A stretch of DNA of 64,000 nucleotides from Marsupella aquatica (Eukaryota > Plantae > Marchantiophyta), in the NCBI GenBank assembly GCA_973895155.1, contig OZ316892.1, positions 20,957,619 through 21,021,618 of the forward strand. The letters are read 5' to 3'. The position numbers and the translations under genes were made by a program. This document shows, piece after piece, positions 1-12,587 of the stretch (positions within the stretch are counted from its first letter, which is position 1; each line of letters starts with the position of its first letter). The notes below the pieces were generated by a model. That model was not told where the DNA came from, did not search any database, and worked only from the letters and a program-made list of their open reading frames with translations.

Positions 1-2133
1 GAGGGCTTCTTTTCACCAGGCGGGGTCACTGTCATTGAGTCTTGGAAGATGCCCGCTTGGACGACGGCGGTTTGCCTCGCCAACACCGTTTTTTCATCCT
101 ACGTCGAGGCCTTCAATTATCACAAGTTTGCTCTATGGCATGCGATGGGCAATCATGGAAAGGTTGGCACTGTGACAGGCTCGAACACTACATGCCCCAG
201 TAGCGAGCAGGTATGTTTCGCGACTCCAAATTTCATATTGAGCTTGCCCCAAGTCCGACGCGATGGTTGTTCTTGCTCTCGTTCTTGCTAAGGTCGGAGC
301 CATAACGAGTTTTTAACAGGAACTGAAGATTGTCACTTCTAACCCCATCTTCTTGGATGTAAGATCAATGTGCTGTACTGTTAAATATGCCTAAACAGTC
401 GGGCCCAAGTATACTTCATTATAAACCAGTACATTGCTCTTATATATAGAGTTGAATATTTTGGTAAATCATAACCGGAAATATTTGTTGCTACACATTC
501 CATGTGGAATGAAAGTACAATTAGCAATGGTATCGATGAGTTGTTGCCTAGTTTAGGGCGAACAATATAAATTTGAATATAACGATGAATGATATGGATG
601 CAATTCAGTTTCTGCTGGCAGTTATTTATAGGCAACTCTAGTGCCTAGCTTGTTTAAAGTTATTTTTCCCTCAGTTCCCAATTGAAGATACCAGTTGCCG
701 ATATCATGATAATTTAAGTTAGCCAGGATGATGATGACCTGTGGCTCGGATCGTGGGTATACCATTGCAGGATTCAAGAACGAGGCGAGTTGAACTGGCG
801 ATAACAGCTCTTATAAGTTCATGGATGCTGAACCGTACTCCAAACAGTGTGAAGCTTGTTGCTGACCAGATCATGTCCCGATACACAGATTCGTCCGGTC
901 AGCCTTTGTGGAAGTCACCCGTTCTCGCCATTCACATTCGACGAACAGATAAACTGGTGAGTCCAAACCCTTGGTACCGGACCCCAATTTCAAGATTCCT
1001 CTTGTATAAAGAGCTTGTTGACAACACGTACCAATATCTAATTTGAAATTTCTCTTTACGTACGTCTTTACTAGCGGAAATGTTGGCGTGGCGTATACAC
1101 CGTATTAACTACTGGCACCAAATCTGAAGTTGCTCTAAATCGATTCTATTGTACTGAGTGACTTGTTTAATTGCAATATGGCTGGTCTTAAAAACCACAA
1201 AGTACTTGTAATGCGATTAGCCTCCTAGCTGACAGTATGTTATCCTATGAGTCTAGTTTCTGATTCTTCTATATTTCCTTGATGTTTTCTTACGTACCGT
1301 TGATGACAATGATATATCTGGGGGATGGCTTCAATTGTGACCCTGACAAATCCTTTTCCAAATCTGAGTGCCATTTTAAATTGCCTGAAGATCTACAGCA
1401 TTAGAGCTACCGAGATTCTCACACAAGATAAGGTTAGAGTGCGGCTATGCGATAGTGATGTTTGATTGTTCCTAGCCCCTGATTTGGCAAGGTGTCATCG
1501 AAATCTCGATGAACTGCATTGTGCGTAATTTTCCACAGGCCCCTTCTCCCTTAGTTGTAGTAGCTAGGTTTTTATAAAATATTTCAAGGACGAATTAAAT
1601 TATTAAAAAAGTAGACTCTGTGGGGGGCTTTGCAGAAGGAGGATCCGTACTTCGTTCAACATGGAGAGTACCGTCCAATAGAGGATTATGCCAGACATAT
1701 GAAACAAATGGAGGAGGAATATGGCTTCCAGTGGCCATCGATTTTCCTTATCTCCGATTCAGGCAGCGCAATGGAGTCTCTGATGAATGTTTTAAATGGA
1801 AATGACTCAGCTGCAGCTCCTCAGGAAGATAGGCGATATATTATGTACGACTGGGATAGTGATGACCATTTGGTTGAGAAATACGACAATCATCTCAATG
1901 TGCCGGAACGCTTCAAGCATGATATGCAGACCCATTTCCTTGCCACATTGTACATCGTGCAAAACATCGCAGACCATGCAATTGTCACACACACTTCCAA
2001 CGTGGGGAGATTTATCGCCGAGATAATGGCCGCCAAGCATAGACAGGCCTTTACTGATCGTGACGGCCCTCTTGTAACATCCCTTGATAGTAGCTGGGTT
2101 TGGCACTCTGATTATCCTCCTAAGTTTGTGTAG
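1..2133 (+). CDS. Alpha-1,6-fucosyltransferase-like (FUT8/NodZ, GT23) protein, 3' exons (<1-210, 771-956, 1636-2133)
   Basis: Three exons join in frame via GT-AG phase-0 introns (cag|gtatg 211, ttgcag|gat 771, ctg|gtgagt 957, ttgcag|aag 1636). Spliced protein has AIHIRRTDK, IFLISDS and HAIVTHTSNVGRFIAEIM..SLD, matching FUT8 motifs I-III (VHVRRTDK, YLATDD, CTFSSQVCRVAYEIM..SLD). 5' end lies outside the window. Confidence 0.8.
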
Positions 2134-4129
2134 TTGCTACCCTCGTTAAGACAATGACATGCATATGAAGAGAAGAACATGCATGTTTCTGTACAACTGA
2201 GTTAGATCTTTTACAAGCTAGACCAGTCTTTCAAACATTCAGTAACGATGAGAAAGAGTGATCGACTAGATGAAAGTAGATGCAGATGCAGTCTAATGAT
2301 AACGCTAGATCATTATTTCTTCTGCTTGAAAGAGAGAGACGTTAGCCCCGCAGTCAACGTACGACTCTTGAAAGAGAAACACGTTAGCCCCGCAGTCACT
2401 ACTCTTATCTGCTCGAAGTCAGTATTTTTTCCACTCGACAAAATCTCGGGTTCCCTGGTGGTTTGCAGATTAATCTCCGTAATTCAAGTTCCTTTAATTC
2501 CTTGTTTAATCATATTTTAGCATAAGGGTAGTCACCCTTGTCTTATTTGGCATGGGCTGATCTGGGCACCTAGTGTACGTTGCTCATCTCCCTTCTTACA
2601 ATTCAGGGTTTATCCGGCCTTCGGGTTTAGCTGCTCTGGTCCTGCTCTTTGCATGTGTTTATCAATTATGGCAACTATCATTGAAGAAAATCTCTACATT
2701 ACAAACAGGTCCGTATTCGTCCCAGGTTTGTCCACGAGTAAACCCTAAACTCTAAAGTATTTGGTTCTCGTGCAGAATTTTGGTGTGATTCGGGAGGTGA
2801 TAATACTTCAAAGTTGAGAACTACTGTAGGCATTGACAGATCGCAATTTTGATGATTCCAACTGAATCTAGTAGATACGAGGTTTCTGGTTCGATGTGAT
2901 CATTTAAGTTCATTCGGGTAAGCCATGGCTAGCACCATGGTCGCAAATGAAATGTTGCAACTATTAGCGAGGAAGCAGTCTCAAAAGCCATGTGATTAGA
3001 AACAAAAAACACATTAATTATTGATGCTTCACTCTCCGCTCAAGGGATTTCCCCTTCTTGCTGATATGAACGTCCTTACACTGCTAGTTTCTTCTATATT
3101 TTCCAAATTAATGTAGCATGCTTCCCATAAATACTGGTGTCATCCCTAGCCTGATGATTTACAAGGCAGAATGGACACACTCCCATGTTGATAAAAGTCC
3201 CACTTAGAGACATTTTTCCCTAGCATGCTAACACTAAAGTGGGGAAAAGCGCAAAGTGTGTAAATTGAACACAACCCCATGTTACATGATAGGGAATATT
3301 CCCCACTTTGAATAATAATTTAACAAGTACGAAAAACTCTAGGGAGAAAATATTCATGTGGGTTATAATTTTTTAACTAGGCCAGGGTTCAGACTTTGAT
3401 TTGTTTTGTGTGCAATTTCATTTTGTAGATAGAGTGCAAGCATCCATGTCAATCATGCATCATTACACATTTCGAACTCATTGAGAGTGTTTGGAAACCC
3501 AAAATTGATGCTTTGGTTAAAGATTATGGACAGTTCTAGTGTTTGTAGGTAAGTGTGCAAACCCACCATAGATTTGGCAAACCCCTCCTATTACAAGGGG
3601 AACATGCATATCCTCTAAGATTGTCTTTTTTGTAAGTAGGGTTTAAGAACACCAACATAAAACTAAGTAAAAGTCCCACATACGGTAGGATAAATTTTGA
3701 TTTCCTACCGGGGACGTGACAGTTTTGCCAAGTTGTATATATATGCAAGAATTGTGTAATGGTCTTGATCATGAAATGGAATCCTTCCCCCCAAGTGGAA
3801 CCTAAAGCCCGGATGGACTGGGGCGTTGTCCATGACTCCTCCCATGGACTGTGACAGGGGCAGTAAGGTGATTACACCCCTGTTCAACGCAAAACCTCCT
3901 CTAAATGGATGTTAGTAGTTGAACATAATTCCATTAGCAGTTTACCTGTAATTCCATTTATATGTGTGGCGGGAAGAGAGGGGGATTAGCGCAATTTGCG
4001 GGGAAGCACTCCCGCTGCATCCCCGGTACAGTATAAGCGTCAGACAATGAAGTACTCCTGTGCCAAACGCTGGCCTCGCTCTGCACCTCTCGTTAGAAAA
4101 GGTATGAGTCAGTGTCTCTCATGCTTGTG

Positions 4130-4372
4130 TGCCCCTGCGCATCTCTGTTGCTTAATCTGTGCATCTCTGTTGCTTAATCTGTGCATCTCTGTTGCTTAAT
4201 CTGCGCCTCTCTCGCTTAATCTGCACCTCTCTCACTGACACCCCAATGAAATCAGCTTGCGCTTGCGCCATGTAATTGCTAATCTGCGCCTCTCTCGCTT
4301 AATCTGCGCCTCTCTTGCTGACACCCCAATGAAATCAGCTTGCACTTGTGCCATGTAATTGCTGCCTGTGAT
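4130..4372. repeat. Short tandem repeats (22-bp unit gcatctctgttgcttaatctgt and derivatives) upstream of the MULE transposase
   Basis: Several adjacent copies are visible, plus a duplicated ctgacaccccaatgaaatcagcttgc block. Confidence 0.8.
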
Positions 4373-5128
4373 TGTTGTTCCACTGTGGGCCTCTGATTTT
4401 TCCTGGGATCTTATAGCTCCACAATGAATCATGTGGAACATTTTGCAATGCAGCATTCCCTGCCTAATTATGTACGCGATCTTATTGTCATTGTTTGCAG
4501 GTCCTCCCAAGGAAAGCTCAACGCCGCATTGCGGTATGAGCTCTATAAATAAGTTTATTCTGACTTTTGCTATATCAAATTCAGCCCACATTGCTTGCTT
4601 CATAGAGTGTTGAAGTTTGTGCACCAACAATATATTTCGAAGCAACGTCCGAATTCAATGAGCTAGATCCACTAATAAGAACGATGCAATTGAATCAGGA
4701 ACTAATGGAGATCTAGTAATGAGAACTCACGAATGGAATTCTATGAATATGGCTCCCCAATGAAGTACATGAGTTAGTAGAAATGAAGTATTGCCCCGGC
4801 GCAGCTCTGATGCTTTGTTGAACCTCACCTATCCCACAAACTTGTTCTCAGTAGTGCACAAACTTAATACTTACCACGCGAGGCGCTGTGTATAAAACAT
4901 GCAGCGCTCAGGTGGACTTAACAAATAAAAATGTCTACTTAGCTCAATTTGGGGCCATTCCTTTCCTTGTGCAACTGTAATGTGTTTGCAATACCATCTA
5001 CCTTTGTACAAGGTACTGAAACAAATGTTGGCTAAAATGTTCTCATCTGCCTCGCATTTGGAATCTCTGTAAGGTGCCAAATGTTAATTCAGTGCTTCTT
5101 TATTTGTCCCCATACTTACCTAGGGAAG

Positions 5129-8075
5129 ATGGACTCCATGGACCCCGATGAAGGGTCTTGGCTCCAAACAATTGGGTTGACTTCTTCTGACTCTGAAGAA
5201 GACCTTGACTATGACTCTGAAGTTGACCTGCCTCCTCCCATCACTCATGTCTTTGAAGAATCTTTTCACCCACATGAACATACAATTCAGCCCCTTCTAT
5301 CCACGGATGACATCCGCCACTTGGGCCGCACCGATAATCCACGTAGGGACCCAGCCATTGATATGAGGGAACTGGTGGAGGAGGATCAGCACCTTGACCT
5401 TCCTCCCTTACATTCAGGTGTGTTATTCACATGGTTTGGTTATGTTTTATTTATTCTTTGGTTATGAGAGTAAGTTGTTTTCAGAAGCCACATGTTCTTT
5501 ATAGTCTCTACTTAACAATACAACCTCTAAAAATTTTGCAGGGTTTGTCCATGGTCATGAACCTACACTATTTGAGTCAAGATTGTTGAAGGGAAAGCAA
5601 TACTTGACATGGAGTGACTTTGACAGAGTTCTAGATGATTATGAGGGTAAAGCAGGATGGAGTTTCAAGAGGGTTGCAAGAAACACTGACAGGCTCATTG
5701 CAAGGTGTAGGGGCTATGATAAAAACAACCCTAACTCTTGCAAAGCAGAGTTGTATGTGAAGCATTTGAAGGAGTCAGGTAGAATCAGTGTCCAGAGGAG
5801 TCATCTTATCCACAATTGTCCCCAATCCATTCACTTGTTCCGCCACGGAGCACATAAAAGGAGGTGGGTTCAGGAGAAGTTGGAGTCCACTATCAGAGTC
5901 AATCAAGATACCTCGAATAAGGACTGTATGCGAGGTATACTTAGAGAGAATGAGTCTGCTGATACCACGGTATGGACCGCTGCAAGAGCACGTCAACATG
6001 TTGTGGACAAGTTAGGAGGTGACCAGGCCAAGTCCTTTCAAAAGATTCCATCCTTTGTGGCAAAGCTACAAGTCACTGATCCGGACACACATGTCTTCTA
6101 TCAGACCTACGAGTCTGATAGTAGGTTTCGGCATATTTTTATCTCACCAACATCCTCACAAAATGCTTTCAAGTATGTCAGACCATTTGTGGGGATGGAT
6201 GCCACTCATACAGGTATCACTTGTCAAAGTTGTCTCTGTCAGTCATGCTAGGGTTTAGGTTCTATGCCATCTGTTTGAGACCATCTGTTATAATGAAGTG
6301 CCTCTGACTTCCCCTTCATTGAACTTTGAATTCCAGGTGGGAAATTTCCCATGATCATTTTACTTGCCACTACATTTGATTGCAACAACCACATCCTTCT
6401 CATAGCATGGGCAGTTGTTGGAGTTGAGAACAAGGACAACTGGATCTGGTTTATGAGTCATGTAGATAACTCTTACCCAAGGATGAGGTCTTGCCTACAG
6501 ACAGTCATTGTTTGTGACCGTGACAAGGGCCTCATTCCAGCAGTGCAGTCCATTTGGGGCAACATACATCATTCCTTTTGTACAAGGCATATTCGGGCAA
6601 ATGTCATAACTCACTCTGACAAGGCACTTGGAGATTGGTTCATGAAGGTAGGACTGCCTCACAATCTTGTAAGTCAATGGCTCCTTGCTCCCCTCCATGT
6701 CCTGGTTTCACACAAAGGACGGTCACTATCAATTAATACTTTTCCACTTTTGTCTGCAGTTGGCTCGGCAAGTTAGGGGGAGGGATTTTGAGGCCATGCT
6801 ACATGACTACAGACCACTAAGTTCACGTCAAGAATCTGGGATTGAATACATAAAAGCCCTTGATCCAAAACTATATTCACGACATGCATTCCCTGTGCCC
6901 AGGTATATATTCGTCAATCACAAGTGTGATTCCCTCTTATTCTTGCTCATTGGCGCATGTCATTTCTTACAAGCACGGACCAAATGTCCACCATCAACAT
7001 GATTTGGATGTTCACTTTTGGAACCGGATCATGTTAGGTGGGGCCATACGACCTCAAATGTAGTGGAGATTCTCAATGGGGTTATCCGGCCTATTCGCAA
7101 ACATCCTGCATTGAAGATCTGCAAGGACTTATGGGATTACACCATGACTAAACATTATGAGAGGTCTACCAGTGCCGGCAGTAAGTATGGAGTTCAGCTA
7201 TAGCTATGTGTGGGTGTACTGGACTCAAGGTTCTCATTTTTTATACATTTATTTCCTCTCACTACTTGTTGTTGTGGACATGCTTTGGTTGTACTTGTTA
7301 TAGCATGGCCTACAGGGGAGAATGCCTTAACACCCCATGCCACTACAATGCTCAATACCCTCTACAGTCGAGCTGGGGGGGTTGAAGAGCGTCCTTCATC
7401 ACCTACCTCAGCCTTAATGGTAGACTCCCATGGAGAGTGGGCCTTGGACATGGAGTGCAAGACATGCGAGTGTAGGGATTGGCAAGAGATGGGGTTCCCT
7501 TGTGTGCATGCAATCAAGTTTTGTAGGAATCATGGTTTGGATGAGAAAACCTACATTGATGCTATATGGAAGAGCAACTCCCAGGTATTACACTCTACAG
7601 GCTGTAATTTGTGTGACCTTGTTTCTAAAGTGCCTTTACACAGTTCATCATGCTAAAGTTTGAGTTAGGTTTAATCTGGAACATGCATCATTTCATTTTG
7701 CAGGTTCTAGCTTACAGTATAAATCTTCCACCCATTAGTTTGGATGACTTACAGAATGATCCATCATGCCTTGAGCCAATCATTGTCCTAAGTGACAAGA
7801 AGGTGGCAAAGTCCTTGAAGAGAAAGGCATCCAGGTAAGACTCTAACCTAAGTAAGTTTTGCCCACCTCCATTCAACTACAATATTTTGTGTTCTATGTT
7901 TGGATTTTTTATAAAAGTGAAGAAGTCACTCATACTTTTGCATTTCTCTACAGGTTTGAGTTATCTGAAGCCCGCCAACAACTCTCCAAACGACAACGCC
8001 AAAAGTGTGGATCGAGTGTGTGGTAAGGAGGGACATAACCGCCGTGGGTGTGTAGTCCCTCACCAAACTGCACAG
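5129..8075 (+). mobile_element. Mutator-like (MULE/MuDRA-type) transposase gene, multi-exon, with SWIM finger and CCHC knuckle; frameshifted near the 3' end
   Basis: Spliced exons give GMDATHT|GGKFPMIILLATTFDCNNHILLIAWAVV, VIVCDRDKGL, HSFCTRH (CxxH), TTSNVVEILNG (catalytic E), SWIM CECRDWQEMGFPCVH and knuckle KC..CGKEGHNRRGC. A 4-bp insertion (ggat, 8009-8012) breaks the knuckle frame. Confidence 0.9.
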
Positions 8076-8832
8076 GTTCGTATGACCCGGTCCAGTGACT
8101 TTTTGAGAGTGTGTGCCATTCACACTATGGAGCGTGCAGATGTAGAGGCACAATGGCTCATATGGGACTCAAGGCCTCAACCCAAAATGACTTTCTCCCA
8201 GTGGTACAAATTATCCGTTCTGGATCCACAACATATGTGGCACTTATTCATATATGCTGGACTTTAGTGACAGAAGTCTGGCGAGAAGTTATCATATATA
8301 TGTGACTCGAAGCAGTGTGAGTAAGATGAGAAGCGCCACCCATTGGTGGAAGTATAGTTGTCAGTTCGGGGCTGAAATAGAAATCAGAGGGAGGGAGCAT
8401 AGGCTACACAACCTCAATGTGCGTGAATTCAATAGCGCAAATGCAATAAGTACTGAACAGTAGCAAATGCAGCAGCGCAACGTACACAAAAATGCAGGAG
8501 TACTAGTGTAATGTAGCAGCGCAAAAGCAGAGGAGTGCAGCAAAATCACACAAGACAATGGCTAAGAAAATGTAATGGACTCGCAGCAGCAAAAACACTA
8601 TAATAGCAAAAGCAACAGACATTGGCTGATGTAACTGCAGTAAAAACAAGGTGCTCAAAAGTCCAACCTTGTCTGGAGCAAGCACGTGTTCGGGAGTTTC
8701 TTTCTTTAAAAACTGCATTTTTCTGTACCACAAAGAGGCGCTTCAGCTGGCACTCCTTCATAAGAACATATACCACACAAATGATTAGCTATGGTGGACA
8801 AATCAACACACAATGCTCAAAGCTAGGTAGAA

Positions 8833-8918
8833 AGGGGGTATTTACATAAGACAGGAAACAGGAAAACAGGAAACCCAAAACAGGAACCGATGACAGGAAA
8901 GAGGAAACCGAATACACC
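8833..8918. repeat. Candidate right terminal region (TIR) of the MULE element
   Basis: aagggggtattt followed by caggaaac repeats ending gaatacacc, resembling a MULE terminus. No matching left TIR was found. Confidence 0.35.
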
Positions 8919-9249
8919 AAACTTAAACGAAAAATACCGGAAACTTTTCTGTTGTTAAACAAGAACTTGACACCAAAACGGGGTGTTTAGAAGATTGTAG
9001 TCAAGTCCAAAAAAAATGATGTAGAATAGCAACAGGCGCTCAAATACTAAGCCAAGGGGAACGATACATTTGAACCTGGGTTATACTAAAAAGCACAGGC
9101 ACGCACCAGGCGCTGCCATTGTAATTGTACAGAATGGAGCTCTAAACAAGAAACTCGGGCGCCTCCGTCGGACCGGTGAAGATACTAGCGTTGGGCGCTA
9201 GTTATATCGCCCAGTCAGACGGAGGCCGACGTGATAAATACGACGAACC

Positions 9250-10643
9250 CACCGGGACCATCGGACCGACGTTTAGGGTTTTACATCCAAAAGAGCCAAC
9301 TCCAACCAATTCGCATAATTGAACGCCACCCCAAAATCCACAAAGTCTTGCGATACAAATTTTTTTTAGTAAGATGGTAGCGCCAGGCGCTTACAAAAGA
9401 TCAAAGTGATCCGCATAACCACACTGTAAATGGAAGGTATGAAAGTTTCAAAAAGCTACGCGCATCCGACGCCTCTCGCTTAAAATGGCCGAACAGTAAA
9501 CTAGTGCTAGACACTTCACCGAACTCCACACAATCGATAATCAAAATGGCTACATCTAACGAGAAGATTTCTAAATTCCGGTCGAGTCCCGACGAAGTTT
9601 TCATCACATTCAAAAAAACTTGAGCGCTATGGGCACCATAGTCTTAGAGACCAACGCTAGCGCCGGGCGCTAGTCCGCTCATTGGTCGATGAGCCACATT
9701 CATCGTTCACTCCAGCATTCAATCGGGCTCTATCTGGAATGAAACCGTGCTCACGGTTCCTCATAAACGCCATCGACGGAACTCACTCATCACTGGTTTG
9801 GGGAAACACGCCAGGAATGGTCGTGTTCTGGAAATCAACACGGCCAAGTTCTTCCTGTTTCCTCATCTCATCCTCCCGAGTTGGACTGTAAGGAGGAGGT
9901 GGCCAGTGAATCGTAAACCGCTCTACAAATCTCCTAGGCGAAGAATCCCTCTGCCATGGGATCAGATTGTCACTAGGACTAATGGCTTCGTCTTGGGGGA
10001 GACTAAAACAATTGTGGAAAGCACTTGTCTCCGACCATTCAGGCTGCTCAGTTTCTGGAACCGAGCCCTCCTCCGAAATGATTGTGGTGTGTCTTTGAAA
10101 AGAGGCCACGGAGATTCTCCTCGGGTTATTCATGGTATGACACCTCTAGGCAGCGGATGGCAGATTCAAAGATATAGTTGTCAATACGACCCCGGTCAGC
10201 GAAAGAGCTCGAAGATTATCGAAAGTGGGAACAAAAACCACTAAAGTAGTAGCAAAACTAGGCAGTCGGGATGTAATCTCCCAAGTATTATAAGCAAACC
10301 CGTTCGACCTGGATACGCCCATCGTAATGAGGGAGGGGGTGGAGGTTGCATCCTCAAAGTCCCCAAACTACTGGTTCAACATGGAACGATCACTCCCATC
10401 TCACATGATAGTTGCGACGTTTACCTTCGTCTCCATTCAGAAACGATCGACCAAAACCAGTATTGGAATCCCGAAATGTTTCAAGCATCCAAAGTCCCAT
10501 TGTGACATCAAGTGACCGTTTGGATGAGAAAAATCCGGTACCAGATCACATGCGAGTCGCGACAGGCCGAACGAACTTAGAACGGGACAAAAGATTACCT
10601 TGAAACTTCCATTGACGTCATCCAGAGCGTACGGGAGAATCAT
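9250..10643 (-). pseudogene. Unidentified, decayed multi-exon coding region within the palindrome-marked element
   Basis: Coding-like minus-strand segments (10643-10437, 10133-9783, 9613-9401) are separated by stops and AT-rich palindrome-containing spacers. No recognisable domain. Confidence 0.35.
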
Positions 10644-11639
10644 TGTAAGATTGCCTTGACCGTCATACAGTTATAGTAGCGCCCGGCGCTAATATTACAA
10701 TATTAAAATGTTTACGTTACTAACAGAAGGAACAAACAAAATAGTTGTCGCTGACATGTGGAAAACACTTAACGAACAATGTTTCCGAAATATGTTTTAG
10801 TAGCGCCAGGCGCTAGCATAATGCAATTGAGAAATAGACCCAACATATACGGAGTTTCAGGTCACTTGTTTCCGACCACTCGGAATGTCCAGTCTTAGGA
10901 AGTAAACTGGTCCTCAAAAATGGACAAAAACAAAATTGAAAAATATGCGGGTATATGATCATGGACATTAAATTATGGTAGCACCAGGCGCTACCATAAA
11001 ATTAATCCGTGGACCCCCATGTTCATCCAAGGAATGTGTGTGTGATTAAGTGAAATCAATTTTAAGCAAGGCGGTAACCAACGGTTTTGAGTCTCCCGAT
11101 GGTGTTGGTGTGTGCTCGTACAAAACAAATGCTCAATAGATAGAGATTTATGAAACGGAAGGTTGAATGTGGAGGATTTGAGATTTTTGACAGGTTTTGT
11201 TTACACATTGGAGAAATCATGTTTCAACCATTCTTGATTGATTGTTTGTGAGTTACATTGAGCATTACCGTCACAAGACATACTGGAGCACAACACTCAG
11301 CTGTTGGCAAAAGAAAGCTTGTCGAATCGGTGGGAAGAACACACAAAACGAATGAGCCATCACTTCACACAAAATATTTGTAGTTATTTTTATTTAAGAA
11401 AGTTATGGTGTGAGGGGAAGACCAACAATTGTTTCTTTGACATAGAGGCTGCATTTGGCATCACCCTATGTTCAAAGTGAGCTTTAGTTGAAGTCTATCT
11501 AAGAGATGCGAACAATTCAAGCCGGAAAGCAAGCATTGTCGACAAGCGATGGCAACGTAATCAAAGAAATCAATTTGTAGAGGCTAAGTCTATGACGGTG
11601 ACGAGATTGTGATATTTCTTAATCGAGAAAGTGTTTTAA

Positions 11640-12060
11640 ATGAACCTCAAATTGACAAATTTTGTCAAGTTCCATATGAGTTTTTATATTTCTTTGCCTT
11701 TCCAATGAGTGTGAGTATAAGAAATTTTGATCATGACTTCATGAATTCTTTTAGCTTTCCAACATTGACTCCAACATTAACAAATTTCATCTCAGATTTT
11801 GTCACGGTACTAAAGAGATCAGGAGGTTTTCAATCTCTTTAGCTTTCTAATGTGTGACATTGAGATTATTTGTCAAGAAATAGAGAGATCATTAGTATCT
11901 AAATTTCTCTAGCTTTCCAATGATCTTAACATTGAAAGATTTTGTCAAGACATTACTAAAGAGGTCACAAGTTTCTAAATCCTGATCTTGAGTTTTCCCA
12001 TGAATCACACATTGGCAGATTTTATCAAGTACTAAAGAGATTTATTATTTAGTTTTACAA
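11640..12060. repeat. Degenerate AT-rich tandem repeats (~65-75 bp)
   Basis: Recurring attttgtcaag...actaaagag...tagctttccaatg blocks. Confidence 0.55.
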
Positions 12061-12587
12061 TGTGAAGCCAAAGGGGTTTTAAATATGTACATTTCTATCG
12101 ATTGGTTTTTTCAAACTTGCAAACAATTTAAAAATACAAGCATTTTGATATAAAACATTGATATATCTTTGACAAACATCAAAATGGTAACTTTATTTTA
12201 CTAAATGTCATCTCTTCCTTTGTATTTTGTTTTTTTACCTTTAATATTTACGGCATGGCGCCCCAAAAATTACATTGCTTTTGCCACAAATAGGAATGTG
12301 CACGTTTGTTATTGTTAAAAGTAGGATCATTCCTGTTTGTGGCTGGTTGTGGTGATGTGGCACAACCTCATGGCAAAAAATTTGCAAGAGACTCCTAATG
12401 GGGGTCCGTAAACATTGCAATATAGAGAACATAATAAAATAAAGATACACCACAAAAATATCCAATGTATCGAATACATTTGAATAAACAATGTTTCCAG
12501 GTTACATACCAGTAGCGCCCGACGCTAGTATAACTTCAGTGTATATAAATCCCAAAATACCCTTTCGAGGCAAATCAATCTGAGAAT

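Noticed and set aside
2230-2710. Possible solo LTR (duplicated acgttagccccgcagtca block)
   Set aside because: No convincing TG..CA ends with a TSD could be fixed.
3150-3960. Left TIR of the 5-8 kb MULE element
   Set aside because: No inverted match to the 8833-8918 terminus was found.
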